A DNA stretch of 64,000 bases from an uncultured SAR86 cluster bacterium (GTDB lineage: Bacteria; Pseudomonadota; Gammaproteobacteria; Magnimaribacterales; D2472), in the NCBI GenBank assembly GCA_902608115.1, contig CACLMT010000006.1:3361-67360 (forward strand), given 5' to 3'. The notes beneath the pieces are model-generated. The model worked only from the letters and a program-made list of their open reading frames with translations. It ran no database searches and was not told the origin of the DNA. The position numbers and the translations under genes were made by a program. Of this stretch, positions 1 to 11,093 are shown one piece after another (the first letter of the stretch is position 1; every line of letters begins with the position of its first letter).

Positions 1-2
1 TT

Positions 3-2006
3 CCACTTCATGCATTGGCAATGTTTAAAATGCCTAGAGAAGGTTTAGAAAAACCACTTGAGACAATTGATGAATTGAAGAAAAAAGGTAATCCTCTAGC
101 TTTTGTTGGCGATGTAGTAGGAACTGGGTCATCAAGAAAATCAGCAACAAACTCTGTCTTATGGCATATGGGAGATGAAATTCCATGCATTCCTAACAAA
201 AAAGAAGGCGGTTTTTGTTTTGGTGGAAAAATTGCACCTATCTTCTTTAACACACTTGAAGATTCAGGAGCTTTTCCTGTTGAGTGTGACGTGTCTAAAT
301 TAAATATGGGGCAAGAAATTATATTTGAGCCATTCAATGGAAAGATCCTAGATGCAGATAGTGGTGAAGTTCTTTCAAGTTTTGAGCTAAAAACGCCTGT
401 TCTTTTAGATGAAGTTAGAGCGAATGGTCGTATTCCGCTAATTATTGGAAGGCAATTGACAGATAAAACTAGGGAGGCTTTAGGCTTAGATCCAACTGAT
501 ATATTCACAAGACCTGATGCTGAAGATGCTTCTGATAAAGGTTTTACACTTGCGCAGAAAATAGTTGGTAAAGCTTGCGGTGTTAAGGGTATACGTCCAG
601 GAACTTATTGCGAGCCAAGAATGTCAACCGTAGGCTCACAAGATACAACGGGGCCAATGACAAGAGATGAGTTAAAGGAACTAGCTTGTCTAGGGTTTTC
701 TGCTGACTTGGTTATGCAATCTTTTTGCCATACAGTAGCCTATCCAAAACCAGTAGATATTGATACTCAACATACATTGCCTGATTTTATTATGAACCGT
801 GGTGGTGTTTCTCTGAAACCAGGAGATGGCATCATTCATTCATGGCTAAATAGGATGCTTGTGCCAGATGGTGTAGGAACTGGAGGAGATAGTCATACTC
901 GCTTTCCATTAGGAATCAGTTTCCCCGCTGGATCAGGACTAGTTGCTTTTGCAGCTGCGCTTGGTGTAATGCCACTCGATATGCCCGAATCAGTTCTAGT
1001 AAGATTTAAAGGAGAAATGCAGCCTGGGATTACCCTTAGAGATTTAGTTAATGCCATACCCTATGCAGCAATTCAAAAAGGTCTCTTAACTGTTGCAAAA
1101 GAAGGGAAGAAAAATATATTCTCGGGAAGATGTCTTGAAATAGAAGGCTTACCAAACCTCAAGATTGAACAGGCTTTTGAGTTATCAGATGCCTCTGCAG
1201 AAAGATCTGCCTCAGGTTGCACTATAAAATTAAATAAAGAGCCAATTATTGAGTACTTGAAGTCCAACATAGTGATGCTTAGGTGGATGATTGGTAGTGG
1301 TTATGGAGATGCTAAAACATTAGAAAGACGTGCCCAAGCAATGGAAGAATGGATTGCTAATCCTGAGTTGCTTGAGCCAGATGAGAATGCTGAGTATGCT
1401 GAAATTATTGAAATTAATCTCAATGAAATCACTGAACCCCTTCTAGCATGTCCAAATGATCCAGATGATATAAAACCCTTATCAGAAGTAGCTGAAACAA
1501 AGATTGATGAAGTCTTTATTGGGTCCTGCATGACAAATATTGGTCATTTTAGAGCTGCAGGTCATTTGTTAAAAAAATATAATGGTACAAAAGCAAGATT
1601 ATGGGTTGTGCCACCTACCAAAATGGACGAGAAACAATTAATGGAAGAAGGTATATATAATGTTTTTGGAACGTCTGGTGCCAGAACCGAGGTTCCAGGC
1701 TGCTCTCTATGCATGGGTAATCAAGCTAGAGTTCTTGCAAACTCAACGGTAGTATCAACCTCAACTAGGAACTTCCCAAATAGATTGGGTGATGGGGCGG
1801 ATGTATTCTTGGCATCAGCAGAGCTTGCTGCAATCGCTTCTATTATAGGAAAACTACCAAGCCCAAAAGAATACCAAAAATACATGGAAGAAATAAATCC
1901 ACTCGCAGATGATATTTATCGTTACTTAAATTTCAATGAAATAGACAAATATGTAGACAGCGCTAATAACGCAGACATACCTTCAATAAATATTGTAAAT
2001 GTTTAG
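3..2006 (+). CDS. acnB: aconitate hydratase B (bifunctional aconitase / 2-methylisocitrate dehydratase), 5' end cut by window edge
   Basis: Reading frame is open to the window start. AcnB-type blocks are present: [76 protein letters not shown]. About 660 of the ~865 expected residues are present. Confidence 0.95.
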   Translation, partial: PLHALAMFKMPREGLEKPLETIDELKKKGNPLAFVGDVVGTGSSRKSATNSVLWHMGDEIPCIPNKKEGGFCFGGKIAPIFFNTLEDSGAFPVECDVSKLNMGQEIIFEPFNGKILDADSGEVLSSFELKTPVLLDEVRANGRIPLIIGRQLTDKTREALGLDPTDIFTRPDAEDASDKGFTLAQKIVGKACGVKGIRPGTYCEPRMSTVGSQDTTGPMTRDELKELACLGFSADLVMQSFCHTVAYPKPVDIDTQHTLPDFIMNRGGVSLKPGDGIIHSWLNRMLVPDGVGTGGDSHTRFPLGISFPAGSGLVAFAAALGVMPLDMPESVLVRFKGEMQPGITLRDLVNAIPYAAIQKGLLTVAKEGKKNIFSGRCLEIEGLPNLKIEQAFELSDASAERSASGCTIKLNKEPIIEYLKSNIVMLRWMIGSGYGDAKTLERRAQAMEEWIANPELLEPDENAEYAEIIEINLNEITEPLLACPNDPDDIKPLSEVAETKIDEVFIGSCMTNIGHFRAAGHLLKKYNGTKARLWVVPPTKMDEKQLMEEGIYNVFGTSGARTEVPGCSLCMGNQARVLANSTVVSTSTRNFPNRLGDGADVFLASAELAAIASIIGKLPSPKEYQKYMEEINPLADDIYRYLNFNEIDKYVDSANNADIPSINIVNV

Positions 2007-3484
2007 CTGGATTGCTCTCTAGCAATCTTATTATCATCTTTGCGACTAACTTCGAGCTCTTGAAGATAATCATCACTAACTGGGGTTGGGTATTCTCCAT
2101 TAAAAATTGACATTTCAAAATTCTCAATTAAAGGATTGCCCTCTTTGGCAGAAGCTACCAAATCATCTAAATCTTGATAAATCAACCAATCAGCACCTAT
2201 TTCTTCAGCAACCTCTTCATCAGTTCTACCTGATGCTATTAATTCATTAGTTGCTGCCATATCAATACCATATAGATTTTGATATTTTACAGGTGGAGCC
2301 GCTGAAGAAAAATATACTTTTTTAGCACCAGCCTCTTTTGCCATTTCAATTATCCTTTTACTTGTAGTGCCTCTAACAATTGAATCATCAACCAAAAGAA
2401 CATTTTTTCCTTGAAATTCAAGATCTAAAATATTTAATTTACGTCTAACAGATTTCTTTCTTTCTTCTTGATAAGGCATGATAAATGTTCGACCAATATA
2501 TCGATTCTTTACAAATCCCTGTCTATATGGAATATTCAGTGCAGCTGCTAATTGCAAAGCTGCTGTTGTTGAACTTTCTGGAATAGGGATAACAACATCA
2601 ATATCATGATCTGGTTTTACTTTTACAATTTTTTTTGCAAGTTTTTGACCCATTCTCATTCTGGCTTTATACACAGAAATTTCATCTAGTGTTGAATCAG
2701 GTCTTGATAAATAAACATATTCAAATATACATGGTGTTGATTGTGGATTATCTGCGCACTGCTGACTATGCAAATTTCCCTCAACATCAATAAATACCGC
2801 TTCGCCTGGCTTAACATCCCTTAAGGTATTAAAACCCAATGCAGAAAAAGAGGCATTTTCAGACGCGATAATATATTCCGTTCTTGTTGACCCCTGTCTT
2901 TCTCCAATCACAAGAGGTCTAATACCTTTTGGATCTCTAAATGCAAGCAAACCGAACCCAGTAATAAGTGCAACTACAGCATATGCACCATTACATCGAA
3001 TATGGGTCTTTCGAACTGCTTGAAAAAAGTGTTTTTTAGAAGGTAAGATTGCCCTCTGTTTACCTAATTCATGTGCCAAAATATTGAGTAAGACCTCTGA
3101 ATCTGAATCAGTATTTAGATGACGCATCTCTGCATGAAAGAGCTCTCGCGCTAAGGATTTAGAATTAGTTAAATTTCCATTATGTGCCAGACTGATTCCA
3201 TAAGGAGAATTAACATACATTGGTTGAGCAAAATCCTTACCTGCACCTCCGGCAGTTGGATACCTAACATGTCCAATGCCGTAGTTACCCATTAATTTAT
3301 CCATATGAGTTTGTCTAAAAACATCTCGAACATAACCCATAGATTTTCTACTATGTAATATGCCCTCAGCTTCGCATACCACCATCCCTGCGGCGTCTTG
3401 ACCTCTATGCTGTAGCATCAACAAAGACTCATAAATAGAACCTGCTACGTGAGATTCAGAATATATCCCTACTATTCCACACAT
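2003..3484 (-). CDS. purF: amidophosphoribosyltransferase
   Basis: N-terminus MCGIVGI (Ntn Cys amidotransferase), PRTase loop [14 protein letters not shown], 493 aa, ATG start. Stop codon overlaps the acnB stop. Confidence 0.96.
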   Translation of the reverse strand: MCGIVGIYSESHVAGSIYESLLMLQHRGQDAAGMVVCEAEGILHSRKSMGYVRDVFRQTHMDKLMGNYGIGHVRYPTAGGAGKDFAQPMYVNSPYGISLAHNGNLTNSKSLARELFHAEMRHLNTDSDSEVLLNILAHELGKQRAILPSKKHFFQAVRKTHIRCNGAYAVVALITGFGLLAFRDPKGIRPLVIGERQGSTRTEYIIASENASFSALGFNTLRDVKPGEAVFIDVEGNLHSQQCADNPQSTPCIFEYVYLSRPDSTLDEISVYKARMRMGQKLAKKIVKVKPDHDIDVVIPIPESSTTAALQLAAALNIPYRQGFVKNRYIGRTFIMPYQEERKKSVRRKLNILDLEFQGKNVLLVDDSIVRGTTSKRIIEMAKEAGAKKVYFSSAAPPVKYQNLYGIDMAATNELIASGRTDEEVAEEIGADWLIYQDLDDLVASAKEGNPLIENFEMSIFNGEYPTPVSDDYLQELEVSRKDDNKIAREQSS

Positions 3485-4020
3485 TATGTTTTTTTAATTG
3501 GAGCAATATTTCTATCAAGCATAGCTGAATTTTTATTAGAGATCATATTTTTAAAGAAAGTTTCTATTTTTGGAGAAAATTCATTTAAAAATGGGGCACT
3601 TTTTGAATGAATAATAAATTCAGACTGTTTTATATTTTCTGGTAAAACTAAAAATATTATTATAATTAAAATAGCTCCTCTTAAGATACCAAATAAAACT
3701 CCCAATAATCTGTCAAGACCGCCCATACCTGACCAGTGAATCAAACCGCGCAACACCTTGATTAAAAAGCTTCCAATAAAAATTACTCCTACAAAAATTA
3801 ATATCAATGAAAGCATCCTTTTTAATTCTGCGTTATTAATAAGTTCTGATAAATAAGGGTCTAGATATCCATCTAGCAACATAGTTAAAGCAAAAGCAAA
3901 AATCCATAAAAGTAATGATAAGGACTCTTGTATAAAGCCACGAAAGAAGGCTATCACTCCAGAGATTAATATTATTGCAATAATAATAAAATCAAAATAA
4001 GCAAAATCTATAGATTCCAA
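3484..4020 (-). CDS. cvpA: colicin V production protein CvpA-family membrane protein
   Basis: 178 aa with about 4 hydrophobic helices. Sits directly upstream of purF, as in enterics and pseudomonads. TTG start. Confidence 0.8.
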   Translation of the reverse strand: MESIDFAYFDFIIIAIILISGVIAFFRGFIQESLSLLLWIFAFALTMLLDGYLDPYLSELINNAELKRMLSLILIFVGVIFIGSFLIKVLRGLIHWSGMGGLDRLLGVLFGILRGAILIIIIFLVLPENIKQSEFIIHSKSAPFLNEFSPKIETFFKNMISNKNSAMLDRNIAPIKKT

Positions 4021-4496
4021 CTGAGAACCTCTCCACTATTAATGCCTGCAATGAGATTGAACTCCTTCTCATTCTTCTGAATGTCTTCTTTAGATACAAA
4101 AGGCCCAACTAAAACATCAGTAAGATCCTTATCAGATCCATTTTTCTCTGTAAAAGAAGGGAATCCAGCATCTTTATATGATTGAATTAATTTTCTAATT
4201 TTTCCTGGAGATTTAAATGCTCCTACTTTGTATACATAAAGATTAAGATCTACCTTTTCTACCTCTTCTTTGGCTGAAGGAATAGTATCTTTTATATTAA
4301 TAGGGAAATTTTTTTGCTTTAAAGTATAGAGTTCTGCTTCCTCAAGCTTGCTAACCAAACCAACTTGTTTTGGAGGACTCGGAATAGAAATTTCTTTAAC
4401 TGCTTGATGCTTCTGTTGAGGTAAAAAACCAAAAATTAAAATCCAAATAAATAAGGTCACCGCAATAAAAATTCCAGATAGACGGTTGAAATTCAT
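4008..4496 (-). CDS. dedD: SPOR-domain cell-division protein (DedD-like)
   Basis: N-terminal TM anchor (IFIAVTLFIWILIFGFL). C-terminal SPOR-like segment YVYKVGAFKSPGKIRKLIQSYKDAGFPSF...VLVGPFVSKEDIQ. Positioned between accD and cvpA. Confidence 0.6.
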   Translation of the reverse strand: MNFNRLSGIFIAVTLFIWILIFGFLPQQKHQAVKEISIPSPPKQVGLVSKLEEAELYTLKQKNFPINIKDTIPSAKEEVEKVDLNLYVYKVGAFKSPGKIRKLIQSYKDAGFPSFTEKNGSDKDLTDVLVGPFVSKEDIQKNEKEFNLIAGINSGEVLSWNL

Positions 4497-5353
4497 TATT
4501 TTTTATTAAGTTTAGATAAAAGGCTATAAACTTTTGGTCGAAGATCTTTTCGATGGACAATCATGTCAATTGCTCCATGCTCTAATAAAAATTCTGACTT
4601 TTGAAAATCTTCTGGTAAATCCACTCTAACAGTTTGTTCGATAACTCTTCGCCCAGCAAAACCAACTAATGCTTTTGGTTCTGCAATATTAATATCACCT
4701 AGCATTGCAATGCTTGCAGAAACGCCACCATAAATTGGATCAATCATAATAGAGATGTAAGGTAATTTTGCCTTTTTTAACCTTTCTAATGCAGCAGATG
4801 TCTTTGCCATCTGCATTAAGGAAACCATAGATTCTTGCATGCGAGCCCCTCCACTCGTTGAAAAACACACAAAAGGAAGATTATTGGCTATTGCAGCATC
4901 CACTCCATGTACAAATTTTGTACCTACAACGCCTCCCATAGAGCCACCCATATATCTAAATTCAAAAGCAGCCACTATAAGCTCAATATCATGCAATGCA
5001 CCGCGGCCAATTAAAATAGCCTCTTCTTCTCCAGTAGCCGAAACTGCTTCTTTAATTCTTTGGGTATAAGCTTTTGTATCCTTAAACTTTAAAATATCCT
5101 TCGTGGTGATATTGGTTGCCAATTCTGTAAAACTCCCTCCTTCAAAAAAAATAGACATCCTTGTTCGAGCACCTATGCGTAGATGATGATCACATTTAGG
5201 GCAAACATAGAGAGATTTTTCTAATTCTGGCTGATATAAAATTACTTCACACTCCGGACAATTATTCCATAAACCATCAGGAACTTTGCTCTTAGATGAA
5301 GCGCCATCCTTATTCTTACCAATTGAAGGAATTAGTTTTGTAAGCCAATTCAT
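4496..5353 (-). CDS. accD: acetyl-CoA carboxylase carboxyltransferase beta subunit
   Basis: Zn-ribbon CPECEVILYQPELEKSLYVCPKCDHH followed by a carboxyltransferase domain (GGSMGGVVG, SGGARMQE). Confidence 0.96.
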   Translation of the reverse strand: MNWLTKLIPSIGKNKDGASSKSKVPDGLWNNCPECEVILYQPELEKSLYVCPKCDHHLRIGARTRMSIFFEGGSFTELATNITTKDILKFKDTKAYTQRIKEAVSATGEEEAILIGRGALHDIELIVAAFEFRYMGGSMGGVVGTKFVHGVDAAIANNLPFVCFSTSGGARMQESMVSLMQMAKTSAALERLKKAKLPYISIMIDPIYGGVSASIAMLGDINIAEPKALVGFAGRRVIEQTVRVDLPEDFQKSEFLLEHGAIDMIVHRKDLRPKVYSLLSKLNKK

Positions 5354-6162
5354 TTGTTTATTGCTTCAGATATTTCATTAAGATAATTATATATATATTT
5401 ATAATCTTTTTTATCCGATGCTCTATGAATCATTTCAACTAAGCTTGATCCAATTACTACTCCATCAGATACTTCACTTAAATAAGCTGCATCTTTGGAT
5501 GTTTTAATTCCAAACCCAGCCATAATCGGTAGAATAGTTTTAGTTCGAATATTCTCTATATTTTGTTTTGCATCTTTAATATCTAAATCTTCTGAACCGG
5601 TTACACCTCTCAAAGTTACGTAATAAATAAATCCAGAGCTAGACTTACAAATTCCATCGACTCTTGAGAGCGATGTTGTTGGTGACACCAAAGAGATAGA
5701 TGCAATACTTTTATTATAAATTCCTACCTCATTAAGGTTGCTTTCTCCAGGTATATCAACAATCAATAATGCATCAACTCCTCTGTTATGGATATTATTT
5801 AATTCTTCTGCGTAAGCCAAAAAAGTATTTAAATACCCCATAAGGATTATGGGCGTATTGGAATCTTTTTTTCGAAATTCTTCTACTAATAAAATAATCT
5901 TCTTCAAAGTTATTTTTTTCTTAAGAGATCTATCATGGGCTGATTGGATTATTGGGCCTTCTGCGATTGGATCTGTAAAAGGAACCCCAACTTCAATTAC
6001 ATCAACTCCCGCAGAAACAAAACCATGCATCAACTCAAGTGTTGATTCTAAATCAGGGTCTCCAGCTACTAAATATGCAACCAAAGCTTTACGTGCATTA
6101 GCTTTAAGTGTATTTAATTTTAACTCTAATCTAATCAAGAGAGATTCCACCCATAGTAGCAA
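5350..6162 (-). CDS. trpA: tryptophan synthase alpha chain
   Basis: [34 protein letters not shown] motifs. The longest ORF starts at TTG 6162 and overlaps trpB by 32 nt. GTG 6150 or TTG 6138 are plausible true starts. Confidence 0.9.
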   Translation of the reverse strand: MLLWVESLLIRLELKLNTLKANARKALVAYLVAGDPDLESTLELMHGFVSAGVDVIEVGVPFTDPIAEGPIIQSAHDRSLKKKITLKKIILLVEEFRKKDSNTPIILMGYLNTFLAYAEELNNIHNRGVDALLIVDIPGESNLNEVGIYNKSIASISLVSPTTSLSRVDGICKSSSGFIYYVTLRGVTGSEDLDIKDAKQNIENIRTKTILPIMAGFGIKTSKDAAYLSEVSDGVVIGSSLVEMIHRASDKKDYKYIYNYLNEISEAINK

Positions 6163-7333
6163 CTATATTGATGTCCTTGTCCCCTCTTCCTGAAACATTT
6201 ACTACAAGATTTGCGTTCTTGCTGAAATCTTTTACGAGGTGCTCTAATGCTGCAAAAGCATGGGCTGACTCAAGCGCAGGCATTATCCCCTCAAGCCTTG
6301 TTACATTATGAAATGCTTTTAAAACCTCAACATCATCAACTGCTATGTAGGTCGCTCGTCTAGAATCTTTTAAATGAGAGTGTTCAGGTCCAACCCCGGG
6401 ATAATCTAATCCAGCAGAGATGGATTGTGTATCAATAACCTGCCCCTCATCGTTCTGCATTAAATAACTCTTAGCTCCATGCAAAACACCGGGCTTACCA
6501 TCATTTAATGGTGCTGCATGTTTACCAGTTTTAATTCCACTGCCAGCAGCTTCAACACCAACTAATTTCACATCTTCTTCCAAAAAAGGATAAAAAACTC
6601 CCATTGCATTCGAACCTCCACCAACACACGCAATAATTGCATCTGGAAATTTATTAAAAAGTTCAATAGATTGCTCTTTTAGCTCTCTTCCAACTACAGC
6701 ATTAAAATCTCTAACAATCATTGGGTAAGGGTGAGGACCAGTAACGCTACCAATAATATAGTAAGTATCTTCTATATTCGTTACCCAATCTCTTAAAGCC
6801 TCGTTCAAGGCATCCTTTAAAATAGCAGCCCCAGATTTAACGGCATGAACGGTTGCTCCAAGTAACTTAATTCTATAAACATTCAAAGACTGTCTTTGAA
6901 TATCATTTGCTCCCATATAAATATGGCATTCAAGACCTAAACGAGCAGCAACTGCTGCAGTGGCAACTCCATGCTGCCCAGCTCCAGTCTCAGCAATAAT
7001 ACGTTTCTTACCCATGGCTTTGGCTAAAAGAATTTGACCTACTGTATTATTAATTTTATGAGCACCAGTATGGTTTAAATCTTCTCTTTTCAACCAAATC
7101 TTTGGGCCACCATGATACTTAGTTAGCCTCTTAGCAAAATAAAGAGGAGAAGGCCTACCAACAAATTGCTTTAAATCCTTATCAACATTAGCAAAGAATT
7201 CATTGTTATCTTTCAGTTTCGAGTAGGTGTCTTCCAACTCTTGAAGAGCATACATAAGAGTTTCAGGAACGAATTTTCCACCGTAATCCCCAAAAAAACC
7301 ATCAGAATCTGGTAAATCTTTAAACTTATCCAT
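6131..7333 (-). CDS. trpB: tryptophan synthase beta chain
   Basis: PLP-lysine motif [18 protein letters not shown] prefer the ATG at 7333 (MDKFKDL...) over the upstream TTG at 7348. Confidence 0.97.
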   Translation of the reverse strand: MDKFKDLPDSDGFFGDYGGKFVPETLMYALQELEDTYSKLKDNNEFFANVDKDLKQFVGRPSPLYFAKRLTKYHGGPKIWLKREDLNHTGAHKINNTVGQILLAKAMGKKRIIAETGAGQHGVATAAVAARLGLECHIYMGANDIQRQSLNVYRIKLLGATVHAVKSGAAILKDALNEALRDWVTNIEDTYYIIGSVTGPHPYPMIVRDFNAVVGRELKEQSIELFNKFPDAIIACVGGGSNAMGVFYPFLEEDVKLVGVEAAGSGIKTGKHAAPLNDGKPGVLHGAKSYLMQNDEGQVIDTQSISAGLDYPGVGPEHSHLKDSRRATYIAVDDVEVLKAFHNVTRLEGIMPALESAHAFAALEHLVKDFSKNANLVVNVSGRGDKDINIVATMGGISLD

Positions 7334-7934
7334 TATTAAATATCTCAACTGCTTTAGTCATTAAAATTTTATCTTTAATTGTGAGGTCAGATTCTACCCC
7401 AGAGTTAATATCTATACACCTTGGATTTATAGAAATAGCCTCTCTTAGGTTATCTAAATTAATCCCACCAGCTAAAATAAAGCGAGCACTCAAATCTAAG
7501 GAATCTATAAAATCCCAGTTAAAAGCATTACCAGACCCACCTTTTTGATCATTAGAGAATGTATCTAGCAAAATTCCTTCTGCAGATGGAAAATTATCAG
7601 CCAAACTGTGAGAATTATTATCTTTAATTAGGATCGTCTTCCAAAAGGGTCTATTAAATTGTTTACAAAAATTATCTGTTTCTTCACCATGAAATTGCAA
7701 AATTGCTTGAGGCAACATATCAATTAATTTATAAACAGCATCTATAGAAGGGTTAACTAAAACAAAAACAGGAATTACATCTTTAAAATTAAATTCTGAT
7801 AAAGAACTAAGAAACTTTTTTGAGATTCTGCGAGGGCTCTCATTAGCACAAATAAAACCCACATAATCAACACCCAAATCACAAGCATGATTCAATACAC
7901 TAAGATCATTAATGCCACAGATTTTAATTTTCAT
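7326..7934 (-). CDS. trpF: N-(5'-phosphoribosyl)anthranilate isomerase
   Basis: 202 aa starting [11 protein letters not shown]-barrel PRAI-like sequence located between truA and trpB. Confidence 0.9.
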   Translation of the reverse strand: MKIKICGINDLSVLNHACDLGVDYVGFICANESPRRISKKFLSSLSEFNFKDVIPVFVLVNPSIDAVYKLIDMLPQAILQFHGEETDNFCKQFNRPFWKTILIKDNNSHSLADNFPSAEGILLDTFSNDQKGGSGNAFNWDFIDSLDLSARFILAGGINLDNLREAISINPRCIDINSGVESDLTIKDKILMTKAVEIFNNG

Positions 7935-8721
7935 TTATTCTTAAAAAGTTATATAAGTTCAATAGATCATTTTGTTGATCTAGCTTAATTTTATTGTAAC
8001 TGGATCCTAGAAAAAATAAGCCATTTGATTGAGCGGTTCTTCCTGCAAATTTCCTATTTTGAGAATCCAATACATCTATTACACTTTGTTTCATCACTCC
8101 CTTACCAATATCAATCAAAGTACCCACTATAATTCTTACCATATTGTATAAATATGCATTAGCTGAAATATAAAAGATTAAAAAATTATCTCGCTCAATA
8201 ATTTCAATAGCTTTGATAGTTCGATTAGGGTTTTTAGCAATGCATTTAGATCCTCTAAATGCATTAAAATTATGCGTACCTTCCAAATACGTTGCTTCAG
8301 ATCTCATTAAATGAACATCTAAATTTTGTTGTTCCCATTGGACATAATTCCTAAGAAAGACTGGTCTTGTTACTCCTGTATAAAGTACAAAACCGTAAGA
8401 TCTGCTAGTTGCATCAAATCTTGAATGAAAATCTTTAGGCCCTTTCTGAAGTGAAATCACAGAAATTGAAGGAGGAAGATTAGAATTAATGCCCTTAAGC
8501 CACTGATCAATTTTACGAAGATCAGGAGAGCTAAAATCAAAGACTTGTCCAACCGCATGAACTCCTGCGTCCGTCCTCCCTGAAAAATTAATTCTATGGT
8601 TGAGTTTTCCTACAGATGAAATTGCTCTTTCAAGAACATCTTGTATAGCATTAGCATTAGTTTGGGACTGAAAACCTGAATAGTTCGAACCATCATACTG
8701 ACAAACTCCAACTAATTTCAC
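7924..8721 (-). CDS. truA: tRNA pseudouridine(38-40) synthase
   Basis: YDGSNYSGFQ and catalytic GRTDAGVHA motifs. 265 aa. GTG start. Confidence 0.95.
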   Translation of the reverse strand: MKLVGVCQYDGSNYSGFQSQTNANAIQDVLERAISSVGKLNHRINFSGRTDAGVHAVGQVFDFSSPDLRKIDQWLKGINSNLPPSISVISLQKGPKDFHSRFDATSRSYGFVLYTGVTRPVFLRNYVQWEQQNLDVHLMRSEATYLEGTHNFNAFRGSKCIAKNPNRTIKAIEIIERDNFLIFYISANAYLYNMVRIIVGTLIDIGKGVMKQSVIDVLDSQNRKFAGRTAQSNGLFFLGSSYNKIKLDQQNDLLNLYNFLRINEN

Positions 8722-8724
8722 GGC

Positions 8725-10083
8725 TTATTTCTTCTTGTCTAAAAGATTCTTTGCAGCAGATATGATTGACTCATTTGTAGAAGTTGTTATTAATTTGTCT
8801 AATATGATCTGGGCACTATCCCAATCATCCATATCAATATAAGTCCTTACCAAATCTAATTCTTGAATTTCAATATCATTTGTAATACTTAAATTTGATT
8901 GAAAAATAGATGCATCATCAAGCACCTCTTCTTCAACCATTGTTTTAGTAGAAGAGGCTTTTAAGTTTAATCGAATCAAAATAAAAGCAACAATAAAACC
9001 AAACAACAAAGACAGAATCCCAACTAAAATTAAATCGTTTAGCTTAAAAGCTCTATCTAAAGTTTTAGCTCTATCGAGAATTTTATTATTTGGGCCTACT
9101 CCAAACTCAATAATTGATGTATTTTTCTTAACTATTTCGGGCCCCGATAACATAGAATTATCTTCATTATTCACTGGAACTAGAACAGATTGATTTAATG
9201 ATATATCTGAACCAGTATTAAAATTTTCTTCTTGGTTAAATATTTCTTTAGGAGCTGTTAAGACAAGTTTTGGTCCAGGCGATGAAGAAATTTTTCTTGG
9301 TTGCATTGACATAAAGTCGATTGATTCTTTTGCAGAGAGCTCTGCTGTCGATCCAACTAACTCCCTTGAAGGAACAGTCAAATCAATATCACTTCGAACT
9401 AAATTAATATTTTCATCAATAAAGGCCTTAGGGTTTTCTAAATAAAAAGCCCACATTATTTGATAAATAGAAGCTTCATAATTATTCCTTACAGACTGTG
9501 CAACACTCCAAATCGTTTCTACTTCTTCGCTATTAATAATTTGCGGCATAGAATCACTTTTATCCTCTTCAACATCTGATTTTTCTAAACTTACAGCTAT
9601 GGATGAATCATTTTCAGCATCATTATCAAGATCTTCAGAGAGGGCTTTTGCAATATCGTACCTCTGTGGCTCTCCATATATTTTTTTTGCTGGAAGTTTA
9701 AAAGAAACTTCTTTTGGTGGAGTTTTCCTAGAACTATTTTGCGGTAAAAAAATAAAAATATCTTTTGATGCTTTGCCTTGAATTGATAAACGAAATGAAA
9801 AATAGTCATCTTCGTATGAATTTTGTAATGCTAAAGTTAAACGTTTGTATGAATCTAAATTCTCAAAGAGAGTAAACTCAAACTCTTCATCAACCAATGG
9901 TTCGCTAGATTTAAAATTACTTAGAACAATATCTTCCTCTTCCAGTGATACAAAATTACTCATTTGAATTTCAATCAAGTAATTGCCTTTAGAATTTATT
10001 GAAACTTCAGGGCTTCCTATGGTGCCATTAGCTTCTATAAAAATAGTAAAAACCGCCAAAATAACAAAAAAGGCTTTTTTCAT
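8725..10083 (-). CDS. short FimV-like peptidoglycan-binding membrane protein
   Basis: Signal peptide. LysM-like block ETIWSVAQSVRNNYEASIYQIMWAFYLENPKAFIDENINLVRSDIDLTVPS. One TM (LILVGILSLLFGFIVAFILI). FimV C-terminal-type motif LDLVRTYIDMDDWDSAQIILDKLI. Sits in the asd-X-truA position that I recall fimV occupying in Pseudomonas. Confidence 0.7.
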   Translation of the reverse strand: MKKAFFVILAVFTIFIEANGTIGSPEVSINSKGNYLIEIQMSNFVSLEEEDIVLSNFKSSEPLVDEEFEFTLFENLDSYKRLTLALQNSYEDDYFSFRLSIQGKASKDIFIFLPQNSSRKTPPKEVSFKLPAKKIYGEPQRYDIAKALSEDLDNDAENDSSIAVSLEKSDVEEDKSDSMPQIINSEEVETIWSVAQSVRNNYEASIYQIMWAFYLENPKAFIDENINLVRSDIDLTVPSRELVGSTAELSAKESIDFMSMQPRKISSSPGPKLVLTAPKEIFNQEENFNTGSDISLNQSVLVPVNNEDNSMLSGPEIVKKNTSIIEFGVGPNNKILDRAKTLDRAFKLNDLILVGILSLLFGFIVAFILIRLNLKASSTKTMVEEEVLDDASIFQSNLSITNDIEIQELDLVRTYIDMDDWDSAQIILDKLITTSTNESIISAAKNLLDKKK

Positions 10084-11093
10084 TAGAATTTTTCTGAATT
10101 TAATAATGTTTCAGCAATTTGAACTGCATTTAAAGCTGCGCCTTTTCCATAGACATTATCTGCAACAATCCACATTGATATCCAAGTTTCATCCGCTAAC
10201 TCTTGCACTCTAACTCTTCCAACAAAAACTTCCTCCGTATCATTAGCATGTTCTAATGGGGTTGGATACTCAGGATCATCAAAAACCCTTAAACCCTCAA
10301 CATTCTGTAAAATATTCATTATCATTTCTCTAGAAATACTTTTTGATACCTTAAAAAAAACAGCCTCAGAATGACCATTAAACACTGGAACTCTTACACA
10401 GGTGGCTTGAACAAAAATATTTGGATCCAGTATCTTATGCGTCTCCCATACAACCTTCATCTCTTCTTTTGTAAAATTATTATCTAAAAATTCATCACAT
10501 TGTGGAATGACATTGAAAGCAATTTGCTTAGGGTAAACTGATAACTTTTCGCCTGAATCCTTAAAATAGGTCTGATTGTGGAGCTCTTCCATGGCTAATT
10601 TCCCTGTCCCAGAGACTGCTTGATAGGATGCTATATTAATTATTTCAATGCTTGCTACATCATGTATTGATTTAAGTGCTATCAATAATTGAGTAGCAGT
10701 ACAATTTGGATTTGCGATAAGCGAAGGTGAATTTAATTCTCTTACAATATGTCCATTTATTTCGGGAATAATCAATGGAACATCATCCTCATATCTAAAA
10801 TGCGAAGAAAGATCTATTACATAACTCCCAGACTCCACAAAATCTCTTGCATATTGATTAGCAACATTAGAGCCTGCTGACATAATGATTAATTGTGCGT
10901 TCTTAGGATCAAAACTATCAATTGAACTAATGGAGTATTCAATATTATTAAATAGTAACTTTTCTCCAACAGTTGAATGTCCTATTGGAATAAAATTATT
11001 AATAGGAAAGGATCTGGCTTCTAACAATTTAATAATTTTATTGCCCACAATGCCTGATGCACCTATTAAAGCAATATTAATTTTTTTGTTCAT
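10083..11093 (-). CDS. asd: aspartate-semialdehyde dehydrogenase family protein (short Asd / USG-1-like type)
   Basis: GASGIVG Rossmann motif, active-site IANPNCTATQ, QAVSGTG, VRVPVFNGHSEA. I prefer the ATG at 11093 (MNKKINIALIGASG); the longer ORF to 11159 adds 22 non-homologous residues. Confidence 0.8.
   Translation of the reverse strand: MNKKINIALIGASGIVGNKIIKLLEARSFPINNFIPIGHSTVGEKLLFNNIEYSISSIDSFDPKNAQLIIMSAGSNVANQYARDFVESGSYVIDLSSHFRYEDDVPLIIPEINGHIVRELNSPSLIANPNCTATQLLIALKSIHDVASIEIINIASYQAVSGTGKLAMEELHNQTYFKDSGEKLSVYPKQIAFNVIPQCDEFLDNNFTKEEMKVVWETHKILDPNIFVQATCVRVPVFNGHSEAVFFKVSKSISREMIMNILQNVEGLRVFDDPEYPTPLEHANDTEEVFVGRVRVQELADETWISMWIVADNVYGKGAALNAVQIAETLLNSEKF

Noticed and set aside
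8-508. 166-aa minus-strand ORF antisense to acnB
   Set aside because: It lies entirely inside, and opposite to, a strongly conserved AcnB coding region. Its composition is low-complexity and Ser/Pro/Lys-rich, typical of shadow ORFs.
5849-6193. 114-aa plus-strand ORF overlapping trpA and the trpB 3' end
   Set aside because: Antisense to tryptophan synthase genes. Shadow ORF.
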